Part shown: positions 48,283-61,440 of the stretch, piece after piece
Position numbering within the stretch: position 1 is the stretch's first letter
How the letters are laid out: the number at the start of each line of letters is the position of its first letter
From: Vitrella brassicaformis CCMP3155
Lineage: Eukaryota > Protista > Chromerida
Length of the DNA: 64,000 nt
NCBI GenBank assembly: GCA_001179505.1
Contig: CDMY01000243.1
Location: 1-64,000, forward strand
Direction: 5' to 3'
Notes under the pieces: model-generated
The model's database searches: none
The model's input: the letters and a program-made list of their open reading frames with translations, nothing else
Told to the model about the DNA's origin: nothing
Program-made: the position numbers and the translations under genes

Positions 48283-50875
48283 ATGGGACAGTACTTCTCT
48301 GCCAACACCGCCAACAACAACCAAGGGGGAGCTGCGCAGAGATACCAGAGACCACAAGCTGCACCAGGTGGTGCAGCCACAGCCATGGACACCGACTACT
48401 ACGCCCGACCGCCCCACCACCCCCCCACCAGTGGGCAGCCACCAGCCGCCAGCAGGTACCAGAGCCTCCGCGTGACGCCCTGCTCAAGGCCCACCCAGCA
48501 GCTTCAGCGACAGCAGCAGCATCAGCAGCATCCGAATCAGGCATCGCCCACCGAGATGCCCCCCAACAAGGGCCTGCTGATGGGCGACGCGCGGTTCCAG
48601 AAGTGCCTGTCTGGCGACAGCATCACGTCGGCGTGCAGCACCCACGTGCCGAGCAGCCCCAGCTCGAGCCGCAGCAGCAGCACGGGAGGCACCCCTGCTC
48701 ACTTCATCCTCAGTGAGATGACAGGCGGTCACCACGGTGGCATACCCGGTGGGCATGGACAGCTCAACGAGCTCTCCGCTGCCATGCAAATCGAGCCCAC
48801 CCACCAGCACCCCCACCAGCACTCACACCAGCACCACAATCAGCCGGCCAGGCGCAGCGTGACGTCGCCCGACGGATCAACTGTCCCTGTGGGTGGCGAC
48901 TACCACTGGGGGCAGCTGGGCCACCCGAGCCAGCAGCCCAGCCGTGATGCGGCGGGGGATGGGATGCCCAGCGAGCTGAGGAACACACTGCTGGCGTCCG
49001 CGGCGCAGGAGATGGTCGACTCGGGCTACTTCCCGGGCCAAGACGATGTCACCGACATGGCCAGCGCCTTCAGGAGGGTGAGCAAGCCACTCAATCGCCC
49101 ACTGACCAACACACAACGTGCTCGCTGCCTGTCTGTCTGTCTGTCTGCAGGCGCCGTCTCGTGTGGCGAGTGTCCCGAGTGACGGTGGTGCCGGCAAGAC
49201 GCCCGTGCAGACAGGCGCCTTCTACCCCTACCAGTCGACCCGCTCCACCCCCACCCCATCCCCGCCCCCCCTCCAGGACGAACATCCCCCGCCCTGCCCC
49301 CCCTTCGTCAGCCCCACACCACCACCACCAGCCCCCAGCGCTGCTGGGGTATACTCCCACACCCACACGCATCGAAGCGACAGGCGCCACAGCCTCGCCT
49401 CCGACTACGACGTGCGGGCGGCCCATTCATCGCACCAATCGCACCAATCGCAATATGCGTCGGTGTCTGTCTCATCGCACCATCAGCAGCATCAGCAGCA
49501 GCAGATGTTTCTCACGCCGCACGTGCGGCTGCGCGAGGCGGGTCTACTGCAGCAGCAGGACCCCCACCACAGCCTTAGCCGGGCGGGCACCTTCCCGCCA
49601 CCCTGCCCGCCATATAGCTTCGACCCCCGCTCACAGCCGGGCGGCGAGGGGAGCAACGACGGCTTTGACGTGTCGATGGAGGAAAGATCCCGGCGAGGTG
49701 GGCTGATGATGGGCGGGGCCTTTGGCGGGCGAGGCGACCAGATGCGTGACAGTGTGATGGACCGTGGTGGCCCACCCACGACCGGCCCCCCGTGTGTGTC
49801 GCCCTCGTCCCCCTTCCCATACATCCTCCCCACACACCCTCCTGGCCGCGGGATGCATCACGGCCATGGGCAGCAGCGGCGTGAGCGGGACGAGACGTGT
49901 GGGCCGTACCGGTTTGAGCCGCATGACCAGGAGAAGCTGGCGCAGCTGTCGCATGACGACCTCATCCAGGCGATATCATGCCTCCTGGGTGCTATCACCA
50001 GCAGCGACAGACAGCCAGGACAGGTCAGCGGGATGGATGGTCCATATGTATACCTGTCTCACAATTCGAGTCTACGTGTGGTTATGGTTGTGGTTGTGGT
50101 GTGTGTGGCAGGTGACGAAGTTTGACGCGGTGCGCGTGCCTGGGATCTCCGTGAGGGAGTACTTCATCAGGTGGGCGAGGTGTGTTGTGCAGGTGCGTGT
50201 AGGGGTGCATGGCATGGCATGTGTCGTTGTGTCGTTGTGTGGATGCAACCATCGGTAACGTGCAGGTTGGCTGAGTTCTTCAGCTGCAGCCCCACGTGTC
50301 ACCTGCTGTCGCTGATCTATATCGACCGCATCGTCAAGTGCACACCTAACTTCAAAGTCGACGCTCTCAACATACACAGGTATGTTGTACCAATCACACC
50401 TCAATCCACCCATCCATCCATACATCCATCCATCCAATACGTGCCTGCCTGCCTGCCTGCCTTCCTGCCTGCGCCAGGTTGCTGGTGACGAGCACCATGC
50501 TGGCCGCCAAGTTTTACGACGACAAGTTCCTCAGCAACGCCTATTATGCCCAGGTAGGCACACGAGCCCACTCTCTCTACTGCTGATATGGTATGGCTGA
50601 TAAATACGACTGGTCGGTCGGTGAATGTCCATCAATCCATCAGGTGGGTGGTGTGAGCACCAAGGAGATCAACCGGCTGGAGCAGCGGTTCCTAGCGCTG
50701 CTCGACTACCGCCTCGTTGTCGTCCCCCACGAGTTCCACCAGTACTCCAACTACGTCATCTCACTCGCACAGGGTACGGACGGCACCATCCACCATCCAA
50801 CTCAACTCACACAGACACACACACAGATATGGACTCTCTCCCTCTGTTTGTGTCTCAGTGATGCGTGGGGGCTGA
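48283..50875 (+). CDS. P/U-type (PHO80-like) cyclin with long His/Gln/Pro-rich N-terminus and MGxxxS start
   Basis: FDAVRVPGISVREYFIR, LLSLIYIDRI, NIHRLLVTSTMLAAKFYDDKFLSNAYYAQVGGVSTKEINRLEQRFLALLDYRL. Confidence 0.92.
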
Positions 50876-52661
50876 TAGGTGGACTCGACTGACGGATGGT
50901 CGCTCTACCAGGCTGCTTGCGCCGACGCACTGGGGGGCTGGTTGGTTGGTTGGTCGGTTGGTTGGTTGGGTGAGTGAGTGAGACGGTGGGACCGAGCGGG
51001 GAGCTCGGGTGGGATGAATGAATGGATTTATGTATACAAGCATTCATCGGTTTTGTTGGCTCACTCACTGTCTGCCTGCCTGCATACTTACAGGGATGGT
51101 GTTTGGGTGGGTGCATGACAGTTGCGAGGGGGGAGGGAGGGAGGGAGGGAGGGGAGTGGAATGGGATGGGTGGGAGTGGTCTCTATCTATCTAGCTGCCT
51201 ATCTATCTGGTACCTTTCTTCCTTCCTAGGCTCTCTACTGCTGCGGTGCGGGGCTCGGCTCATTTGTATGGGTGTGGGAGAGTGGATGAGTGGATCTATC
51301 TGTGGATCTGTGGATGTGATGTCTCTGTGTGCGTACTTACGTGGCTGTCCCGCTCTGCCTGCCTGTCTGATCGATTCGTTTGAATGAATGGAATGCTGCC
51401 CGATGGATGAATGAATGGATGGGATGGCGTGTGTGAGACCGACCGAGCTAGCGACCGACTGATCGCAATTGACCCTCTTCCTTCCTTGGTCGGTGTCTGT
51501 CTGTCAGTCTATCTGGCTGGCGTGGCCGTGTCGTTTTTGGCGCTCCATCCCGTTGCCCAGACAGACGTCTGGGAATGCACTGCACGCGAGAAAAAAAGGG
51601 CTATGGGCTTCCCGCTCGCTACTCGTTCATCTTCGCACTGCCCTTGCCAACGCACCGCGGGATTGTGGTGCATGGCCATGCAATCAAACGTGGTGCGGTG
51701 CCATTGGCAGCTTAGCTTGAGGGGGACGAGGAGCACAGAGGCGGCCAGCACAGCAAGCCAAGGAAGGTGGGACGGGACAACGGGATGAAAGCACGGAGGG
51801 AGGAGGGAGGGAGGTTGGCCACAGCGAGCTTTGATGGATGGATGGATTGGTGCGTGTCGGTCGCATGTCAGGGTGGCTGGCTGGGGTGGTGGGCGGATGG
51901 TGGATGGTGGAGGGGCTGAGTGAGTGATTCGTCAAGGTGGTTTTTCAAACCCCCCCTCATCTCACCTCACCACACCCCGCCATCCACCCGTCTGTCTGGT
52001 TTGTCTGTCGTCTGCCTCCCTGCATGGGTGGGTGTACGGGATGGATGGGCTCCCTCTCACTGGTCTGTCCGCATACTTTTTGCCCGCCTGTCTGCCTGTC
52101 CGCCTGCCTGCCTGCCTGCCACAGACACGTGTGGTGTCGATTTGTTGTCCTGACTTCTTCATCTGCCGTTGTGAGAGAGAAGGGAGCAGCCAGCCAGCCA
52201 GCACGTTTCTCGTAGTCAGTTGTGTCGCCCCGTTTCCGTAGTCAGTCAGTCAGTCGCCCTGATTGTTTTCGTTTGTTCGTTTCTTTGTCTCTGTGGGTGT
52301 GTTCCTTTGTTTCCCTTGTCGTAGGCAGGTAGGTATTGCCTTTGTGTAGAGAAAGGCACACAGGTACGTATATCTACATACCATTCGTCCCGTCCCATTC
52401 ACTCCCTGCCTGAGCGAGTCAGCCGGCGGGCCCTGTAGGCCACTCACTCACGCGGCGTGGCGTGGTTGGTTGATTGGATGGGGTCCATTGCTACAGAGGT
52501 ACTTACATGAGTTTCTGCGTCAGTTTTAAGCAAAGGGGTGGATGGATGGATGGATGTGTCAAGGCAGCAAGTATCTCCAGGCGGCTGGGTGGTGGTGGTG
52601 ATGTCTATGTGTGCAGGTGCGGCTGGGGTGGGGGGAGTGGGGGGAGGCAAGGAGAGAGAGG

Positions 52662-52694
<33 letters not shown>

Positions 52695-53843
52695 TGTGTG
52701 TGAATGTGCTGTGGATGAGCACTCGCTTTGACAGATCGTCAGACAGACAGACCGGAAGGGTTTTGGAGGGGCGGGAGGACGGGACGGACGGGACAGGACA
52801 GACAGGGCACTGATAAGGCAGGATGCGCCGCGCCACAAAAGGTCTGACGACTGGCTGAACGGATGAGATGATGGGTGTGCAGTGCACACACAGGTGATGT
52901 GATGTGATTGATGATGTGGAAATGAGGAACGGCGCAGACGGACAGGCTATTCGATTTTTGTACCAGTACCCCAGCCAGACACACAGAGAGAGAGAGGGAG
53001 AGAGAGGCGCACGGTGGCGGGCGGTGGACGGGGAATGGTTTCGTGACGGCTGCATCTGACTGGCTGTACTGTTCTGACCTGACCAGCATGTCTGAGCATC
53101 GGCCGCGTGGATCTGCCTGCCTGACACTGACTGACTGAATGCTGTCCTGTCCTGTGTTCCCTCCTCTCTCCCGTCCCCCATCTTCTACCTACCATCCTCT
53201 CTCTCTATTGCCTTATCTCTATCGCTCGCTATAACCACGTACCCACCCACTGCCGACCCACAGGTGTCCATCCATCTCGGCGGGCAGGCCGCACTGCATT
53301 GGAGCTGCGCCGTTGCCCGCCGTCATTCCGTGGTTGGTGGTTTGTTTGCCTCAAGCCAAAAGTGACTGACTGACTGACTGAGTGACTGAGTGAGACTGAG
53401 AGGGAGTGGATGGGTGTGAGTGTGTGTGTGAATGATTTGCTGCATGGCGCGACATATCATATCTACTTACCATTTGAGCTGCCACACACACACACTTATC
53501 TGCATCTCATCGCACCGCATCGCATGACATCGTCCAGTGAGTGGACCCCCTGGCTGATCCGCCCGTCTGTCTGTCTGTCCATGTGATCGCACATATTTTT
53601 CCACGCGAGCTGGCTTGGCACGGACGCTCATCCAGGTTATCAGGGCGGCGGACAGGACAGGACAGATCGCACGCGGCAATGGATGGATGGATGGATGCTA
53701 CTCGCCTCTCTCTCTCTGTGTGTGTGTGTGTGTGTGTGTGAGGGAGGGAGGAAGATTCGTGTATCGCTGCGATGGTCGATGTGCCTCGCCACTGTAGGGC
53801 GGGGCACTAACACACATTGGTTGGGAGGGAAGGGGGGGGGGAG

Positions 53844-54143
53844 NNNNNNNNNNNNNNNNNNNNNNNNNNNNNNNNNNNNNNNNNNNNNNNNNNNNNNNNN
53901 NNNNNNNNNNNNNNNNNNNNNNNNNNNNNNNNNNNNNNNNNNNNNNNNNNNNNNNNNNNNNNNNNNNNNNNNNNNNNNNNNNNNNNNNNNNNNNNNNNNN
54001 NNNNNNNNNNNNNNNNNNNNNNNNNNNNNNNNNNNNNNNNNNNNNNNNNNNNNNNNNNNNNNNNNNNNNNNNNNNNNNNNNNNNNNNNNNNNNNNNNNNN
54101 NNNNNNNNNNNNNNNNNNNNNNNNNNNNNNNNNNNNNNNNNNN
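53844..54143. other. Assembly gap (N run) flanked by G/C homopolymers
   Basis: About 300 N between poly-G and poly-C tracts. Confidence 0.99.
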
Positions 54144-54815
54144 CCTTCCCCCCCCCCCCCGCCCCTCCCCCCTCTCTGCCTTGCCGGCCACATGACGGCC
54201 ACACAAGTCGCAGTAAGAGGAAGATCAGGCCAGACGTACGTCATGTGTGCAGTGAGGAGTGCCGCGTGTGTGACGGCGGCGGCGCACTGACCCCATGGGA
54301 ATATTATATGGCCCCGTTGGTTGAGCTTCTTTCGTACGCTAGGCTACACACTGCCCGCGCATGCACTTTGATTGTCGTGCGTGCGTGTGTTGGCTGCACG
54401 GCCGGGCCGTGCCGGGCCAGCTGTCTGTTTGGGTGGAAAGGGCGGCTCCGTGTCGGATATGATAAGCCTCTTATTGGTTGGTTGGTAGTGGTGAGATGAG
54501 AGAGAACAGACGATGCTTTGCTTGCCTCCCTAGGTGCGTGCGTGCGTGTGTCCATTCGTTGGTCACTCACCCCTTGATGCCTTGCGATGCGATGCGATGC
54601 GTGCGAAAGGTGCAAACATGGCCCTTATCTTTATCTATTGTCATGTGGGTGCGGTACGTGCATGGAATGATGGAGCCAGCCAACCAACCAACCATTTCTT
54701 CCACCCCTCGCCGCTCTTATCTTCACAACCCAAAACGCAAACACACGATGGTCGTTTCACTACCTGCGGCCCTGTCCCATCGTCAGCTCGCAGCGGAGAT
54801 CGGTCGCAGAGCAAG

Positions 54816-56468
54816 ATGGTTTTGCCTCTCTTGTTCAGGATCTTCAAGCGCGGCAGGTTCTGGCTCAGGACACCAGTGAGTCTGATGGATCACACACACA
54901 CACACAGCGCTTCTGCTTGGCTGTGTCGGCCTTCCTGGCTGTCTGTGTGTGTGCAGGTGGCGTATGCGACCGGTCTATGTGGGTACGGACTGCAGTGGAA
55001 CGGAGCGCTCATCGGCAACATCAATATGGGCTTCGACTTCACCCTCTCGTCGCGCATCACCGAGCGGCTTCTGCAGGAGGGCTGCCGCAGCGTCATCGAC
55101 TTCGGCTGCGGCACCGCCGACATGATCAAGGAGCTCAACTACAGGGGCGTTCACGTACTGGGACTCGACGGTAGGATACGTCGTCTTAGGACAGCTGGAT
55201 GGATGGATGGACTTGTGTGTGTGTTTCTCGTGTGTGTGTCAGCCAATCCCAAGACGCCCAACATGTCACAGGGTGGGTGGGCAAATGACCGACCTGACCT
55301 GGGAAGCATCCATTGATTCGTTCGTTCGTTCCTTTGTTTGATGCATCAATCAGACTTTGGCGATGTGGTTGATCTCACGCACCCCTTCAAGATCAGCGAC
55401 GAGCAGATCAGAAAGCTGGGCGGCATGAAGGCGGCCGACTGGGGGCTCTGCATCAACGTCGCCGAGTTCGTCCCACCCGTACGCACCGTACCGCACTAAC
55501 ACGTGTGCACAGGAAGCCAAACAACACAGAACTGGCCGGTCTTTCGTTCGTCTGGGTGCGGTGCTTTCCCCCATTTCCTTTCCTTTGCCCGCCCGACCAC
55601 CGCAGAGCGACGAGAACGTGTTCCTGGCGAACTTGGACGCCTACTGCATGAGGGGCATCATCATGGCGTGGCCGAAGCGGGGCACTCTGTGGTTCGCCGG
55701 CACCTTCAACGAGCGCGACCCCCAGGAGGTGGTCGACATAATGGAGCAGCGGGGGTTCATCTACGACCCAGAGTTCAGCGAGTCGCTCAAAGACGGCACC
55801 CTGCCCGGCTGGGAGGTAGGTCAGCAAAGCCAACACGTCAGTCAAGTCACTTTAGTCAGTTAGGCATGCAATGCAATGCTGCCCTGCCGTTCGTTCGTTT
55901 GTTCCTCTCTCTGCCCACCCAGGGTGTCCACGGTGAGCACATGTACGTCTTCCGGCGGCTGACGCAGGAGCAGCGGCTGCTGCTCACCCGCAGCAAGGTC
56001 GCCCAGCGGATGCACCAGGAGCGGGTTGAGCGGGGCTCCTTCATCAACAGGACCAAGCGCAAGCTCGCCAGCATCTTCATCCCCGCCAGACGGCGGGAGA
56101 GCAAGTCCTGGCGGGCGGACCTGCAGTTCATCCGGCTCGAGGAATACCAGCAGGAGCTCGAAATGATCCAGGCCGGCAGCACCGACAAGAGGCCCCTCCT
56201 GCCACAGCCACAGCCACAGTCACAGCCTGGCCCGCCCCCACCACCCACCCCCACACAGCAGCCTGGCGAGAGGCGCGTCATTACGAGAGAGGGGAGGAAG
56301 AAGGCACAGACAGATGCTGATGGGGAGGGGCCTCCCCAGGCAGACGCCAGTCACGCCGCTGCACCTGACCCGTTGTCGCCGCGAGCGATCCTGGCGAGTC
56401 TTGTGGGCTCGATCTCTTCTGTGGGCGGGGCGCCTCAAGGAGGTGTGCAGGGGGGCGGGAGGGGGTAG
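54816..56468 (+). CDS. Class I SAM-dependent methyltransferase-like protein with Pro-rich tail
   Basis: Motif I VIDFGCGTA, then VLGLDG/NPKTP, DWGLCINVAEFVP, FLANLD...GIIMAW. Confidence 0.75.
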
Positions 56469-56968
56469 ATGGGATGGGATGAGGTGGGGCGAGACGTGTG
56501 TGCAGTGATTTCGATGGGGGTGACTGACACAGTGACTGGGGGTGGAAATGATTTGACGGTGGTCATATCTTGATATCATGATGGATGGCTTCATCGATCA
56601 ATCGATCCGTCAGCTAGTCAGGAGGTCCATTCTCTGCACACACAGGGAGGGAGGGAGGGAGGGAGCCACGGTCCATCCATGCATCCATCCAACCATTCAT
56701 CCGCCTAATTAGCCACTTAATTGCTTGATCGACAGCTACAAACAGCCAGCCAAGTGCGACACGCCACACACCACGCCACACCACCACCACCACCACCCCT
56801 TATCTCCGCACACGCACACAGAGAATGAATGGACACACCTTAACTGCCGTACTCCCTCCCTCGCCCTGGCTGGCTGATTTGCTATGCCGTCTGTCTGTCT
56901 GTCTGTTCTTTTGTATCTGTGTGTGGTGTGCGTGGTTCGTTTGTTTGCTGGTCTGTTTGTGTGGCTAG

Positions 56969-58308
56969 CTAAGGCTCTGGGTCTCGCTGCAGAGCGGGGG
57001 TGGGCTTGTCGGGCGTGGCCAACATGCTGCAGAAGGCCCCGAACAGGAACGATACGAACAGGTAGACGAACACACCCACAACCTGAGACGCACACAGACA
57101 GAGAGAGTGAGAGGAACCAAGGCGTGTTTGGGGTGTTGTGGCTGCACAGTGCAGTGGGAGCACTCACGAGGAACCCGACGGCGTTTCTGTATTGGCCGTC
57201 GACGATGGACTTGGGGCTCTTGACCCAGCGAATCAGGATGGGGTGGTCCGCAGATACTATGTCTAAACGGTGGCCACACACACACACACACACAATTAGT
57301 GAGTGTCCTCGCCTGCCCTCCCTCCCTTGTCTGTCTTGTGTTGGTTTCGTTCGCACTGTGACTGACCGTGGAAGGCCTCGGCCTTCTGGATGGCCTTGCG
57401 GTATGCGAGTGTGGGCGGCACCACCACACCCCCCTTGGCTGTCGTGTTGCGCGAATCGTCACAATGGAACCCACCACTGCAGTCAGTGCAGTGCACACAC
57501 AGACAACAAAACACACACACACACAGAGGGTCAGGCGATGGGCAGGCTGTCTTGTTGGCCATTCTATGATTGATGTGTGGGGCTGACGTCTTGTCACAGC
57601 AGCTCTGCCCGACGGCCCAGAAGTTGACCAAGTTCGTCTGGGGGGAAGGAAGGCGACACAGACACGACGATGGGATGTGGGAATGCATGCCATGGATGTG
57701 TGTGCGGATGAAGGCGGCCCACCTCCACGAGGTCAATGATGGGCGCCACACACCACACCTCACCTGCACACACACGCACACACGCAGGCACCCCCACGCC
57801 GCGTGCCTGTCTGTCTGTCTGTCTGTGTGCGTTGCGCCCCCCCGCCCCCACCCCCCCGCCACCCACCCTTAACGAATCCGACTGCCTTTTCGACGTCCAC
57901 CGAGGCGTTCTCATTGAAATACAACCGACCTGCAGCAAACAAATAAGGAGGGAAGAGGTGGCCGCAGGCAAAGTGAGACCGGCCTGGGTTGTCTGTCTGG
58001 GTTGTCCTCTGCCTGCCTGACTCCCTACCTGCGTCGGCGAATTTCTCTGCTTTGTCCGATGGCAGCACATTCTTATACGTGGCCGCTTCGTTGTAATTCC
58101 TGCAGGCGTCACACAGGAGTGTCTTGTATATGTATATGTGTGTGTGATCAGGAGCGATGGGTGCACCCGTCGTATCGTCCTAGCGCACCAGAAGAGTCTG
58201 ACGTTGGTCTTGTAGTTGATGTATCCGAAGTAGTAGGACACCACCACTGCAATGAGACACAGGGCGCCCAGCGGCAGCTCCACAGGAATCGCAGACGAGT
58301 AACCTGCG

Positions 58309-58345
<37 letters not shown>

Positions 58346-58768
58346 CAACATCACATCACAACACATCACATCACACACGACAGCCAGCCAAACCATCCAA
58401 ACCATCCATGCATCCATCCCTCTCTTTTTCTCACCGAGCAGCGGATCCCTCCGTGTGGACCGTTTCGCCGCCCCGAGCACCAGCACCACGACGGAGGCGG
58501 CGGCGAAGAAGGTGGTCACCACCAGCACGGCCAGTTTGGACTCATGGTAGGCGTAAACGAACAGCAGCTGAATGGTCAGGTACACCACCCACGGGATGAA
58601 CACCAGCAGACACGTCCACAGGGGACTGATGAGGAGGGACCTGTCGTCCCCGTCGTAGCCGCGCTTCTTCCGGGGGCGCCGGCCGGGCTGCTGGTTCAGG
58701 AACGGGTCGTTCTCGAAGCCTGCGCCGCCGATGGTCCCGCCGCCCGTCGTGTTGAGCAGCGACGTCAT
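56969..58768 (-). CDS. Multi-pass membrane protein with Cys-containing luminal domain (resembles an alveolate family; inference)
   Basis: TM helices LWTCLLVFIPWVVYLTIQLLFVY, LAVLVVTTFFAAASVVVLVL and LGALCLIAVVVSYYFGYINY; luminal CVAPI...VNFWAVGQSCC...FHCDD...AYRKAIQKAEA...PILIRWVKSP; terminal TM VFVYLFVSFLFGAFC. Confidence 0.7.
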
Positions 58769-58958
58769 TGCACACTACCTGGGCTGGCTGGTAGGTTATC
58801 TTTTATGCGCTGGCGGCCTCACAAGACCCAGAGATCTTTCTGTAGGAAACGGTCGCTGCTAGCCGCAGGAGCCCATCGCATCGCTACGTAAGCCTTTCAG
58901 GAAGTGTCGTAAATTTCGATCCGAATCTTTTCGTGGTGCCCGAGACCTGCGCGTCTAT

Positions 58959-60501
58959 ATGGACGTTCCGAGGCTACCCCTTACCATTCTCTCTCTTGTT
59001 TCCGTCAGATCTGCTTCGTATTCGGTTGCTCTGTCGACGGGCCGAAGACGCATCGGCACGATGACGACTGTAGAGAGGCTTGGGAGTAAGGTGGGAAGCA
59101 CGGCGGTGAGCGAGGAGGCTGCGGCCACCCTGAGGAGCTTCACGCTTGGAGATCAGCAGGTGCAGAAGGCCCTGGCTGATGGATGGACGTACAAGCAAAC
59201 AGACGTCGCCTACCAGGTGAGTGAGAATGAAACCAATGAATGCATGACAGATCCGATGGATGGATGGCTCGCCACACGCACTGCACACAACCGCATCGCT
59301 GCTGCACTGTACTAGCTGCATGTACTGCTGTATTCCCTTCCTGTTTTCAGGACGAGGGCACCGAGCTGATGGGTCTTGCCGTGTGGGTGGAGAGGGACGA
59401 TGCCTCACGACAGATACTCGGAGAGCGGCCATGTGTGCTCGTCTGCCCGACGGCTGTCGGCCTCCGAGAAGACTTTCTATTCGGCGCCCTCGACCGATAT
59501 GCAAGCCTGGGATATGGTCAGTCAGAGCACTGCAGTGGGTGAATCAATCAAAGGGAGGGAAAGGCAGCGACTGACTGACTAGCTGACCCTCATGAATGGG
59601 ATGTGATGTGTGCTCTCCCTTTGCTGTCTGTCGCACCACGCCTGTGTGTCATGGCATGGCATGGCATGCAGTGGCGTTTGGTGTTGACATGTACGGTGAG
59701 GGGGCCGTGTGGGACAAGGGCCGCTCCAGAGCCATCCGCCAGCCCCTCACGGCCGACCGAACCAAGCTCCAGCGGCGCATGGTGGCGGCCTATCAAGCAG
59801 CTCAGTCGCTTCCCCAAGTGCAGGAGGACAACATTGCTGTGGTCGGCTACTGCTTTGGCGGCATGTGTGCCCTCGACCTGGCGAGAGCTGGGGTTCCCAT
59901 GAAGGGTGTGGTGAGCTTCCACGGCGTCCTGGACAGGCCAGCTGTTGACAAGGGTAAGATGAATATATACAGGTGGGATACCACGTGTTAACGGCGGTTT
60001 GTGTGTGCAGTGCCAGGCGGTTTGTCCTGTCCTGTGCTGGTCCATCACGGCTCCGACGACCCCTTCATCAGCCCCGACCAGTTCCAGGCCTTCCAACAAG
60101 TGTGCTCACTAACATGTGCTATAGAGCGAATGAAGGCAGAACTCATGTGTGTCCGTTTCTCTCCTCCTTGTGTCGGGTGGATTTATTTTGAAGGAACTGA
60201 GTGACCAGCGCACCGACTGGCAGATCCACATCTATGGCGGCGCAAAGCACTCCTTTACGCGGCCAGAAAAGGTGACTGAATGGCACAGTTAAAGGGGCCG
60301 GCCACTCATCATGGCTGGAGGCAACGAATGGATGGACGAACGTGACGTGTACCTGGCGTGCATTCATTTCTGCAGGTGACCCAAGCTGACAGGGATGCGG
60401 GTCTGCAGTATTGCCCCAAGAGTGAGCGGCGGAGCTATCGAACCACCAAGGCCTTCCTGCAAGACATCTTCCCAGATTTCTCGTCCCCGATTCAGCAGTA
60501 G
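58959..60501 (+). CDS. Dienelactone hydrolase family protein
   Basis: Nucleophile elbow VVGYCFGG, VVSFHG, VLVHHGSDDPF, IYGGAKHSFT give the Cys-Asp-His triad. Confidence 0.92.
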
Positions 60502-60711
60502 TGCTGCCAAGCTAGCTGTGTGGCTGTGTCGTGTGGGAAGGACATGCGGTGTTTCAGTCATGTGTGTGTATCCAGTACGTGTGTGTCTGGCTAGCTAATG
60601 GATGGGACACACCAGACCAGGCCAAGGCAGGCTATGTGGATAGGATAGGATCGCTAGCCGAGCAACACAGGGTGTATGTAAGAACGAGCAGACTACGGGT
60701 GGATAAATCTC

Positions 60712-61440
60712 ATGCCTGATGGCTCGTCAAGAATCAAAGTAGCTGAATCTCGGATGCGCGTCGTTCTCTCCTTTTGGGCCTGCTCACCATCCGGCGCTTT
60801 TCAGCTCCCAGGAGCCCCCAGTGCGATGCCGCACCTCCTGTCTGCGGGCAGTCCCGCTGCATCGGCGTTTGTGGATGCGGCACAGCGTGGGCCGGGCTCC
60901 GTTGCGTGCGCTGGCACGACGTGGTGAGGGCCGACTGCATGACTGAACCTCGAGACAATCTCATCCTCGCTCATTGCAAATGACTGTCTGTGTTGTTTGG
61001 TCGAAGGTATTGGGTGGATGGCCCTTTGGACGTGCAGCAGGCCCGCCAGGTAATTAATGTCAGGGACGAAGGCGACGCCGTGTGTACGGTACATGTGTCT
61101 GGCCGACATGCAGGTGGTGAAGGGCTGTCACGACAGGCAGAGGGATGTGGCGTGTTTGCTGGCCGTTATGAAGGGCCAGCAGACAAGCAGCGAGACTCAA
61201 CTCGCCCTGACTGAGCCCCTTATCCCACTGCAAGATGCCCAGACAGAAATCGACTACGCGTGTGTGTCTCTGGCTGACGTAGAGCGGCTCTTGGGGCAGC
61301 TTGGCCCGCTGATAGAGGCGAATGTCTGTTTGGTGCAGTCGCCGCTCGCTTACCGCAACCTGGAGATCATGACGGCCAACCTGGAGATCCTTTTTGTTGC
61401 CCTCGCCCTCTCATATACAGCGCAACGGTCAGTTGCTTGA
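60712..61440 (+). CDS. Small hypothetical protein
   Basis: In-frame spliced exons ...AGTT/WYWVDGPLDVQQARQ/VVKGCHDRQRDVACLLAVMKG...; no recognised domain. Confidence 0.4.

Noticed and set aside
50900-53840. Many 60-250 aa ORFs rich in VCVC, THTH, SVCL and MDGW
   Set aside because: Translations of (TG)n, (TCTG)n and (GATG)n microsatellites.
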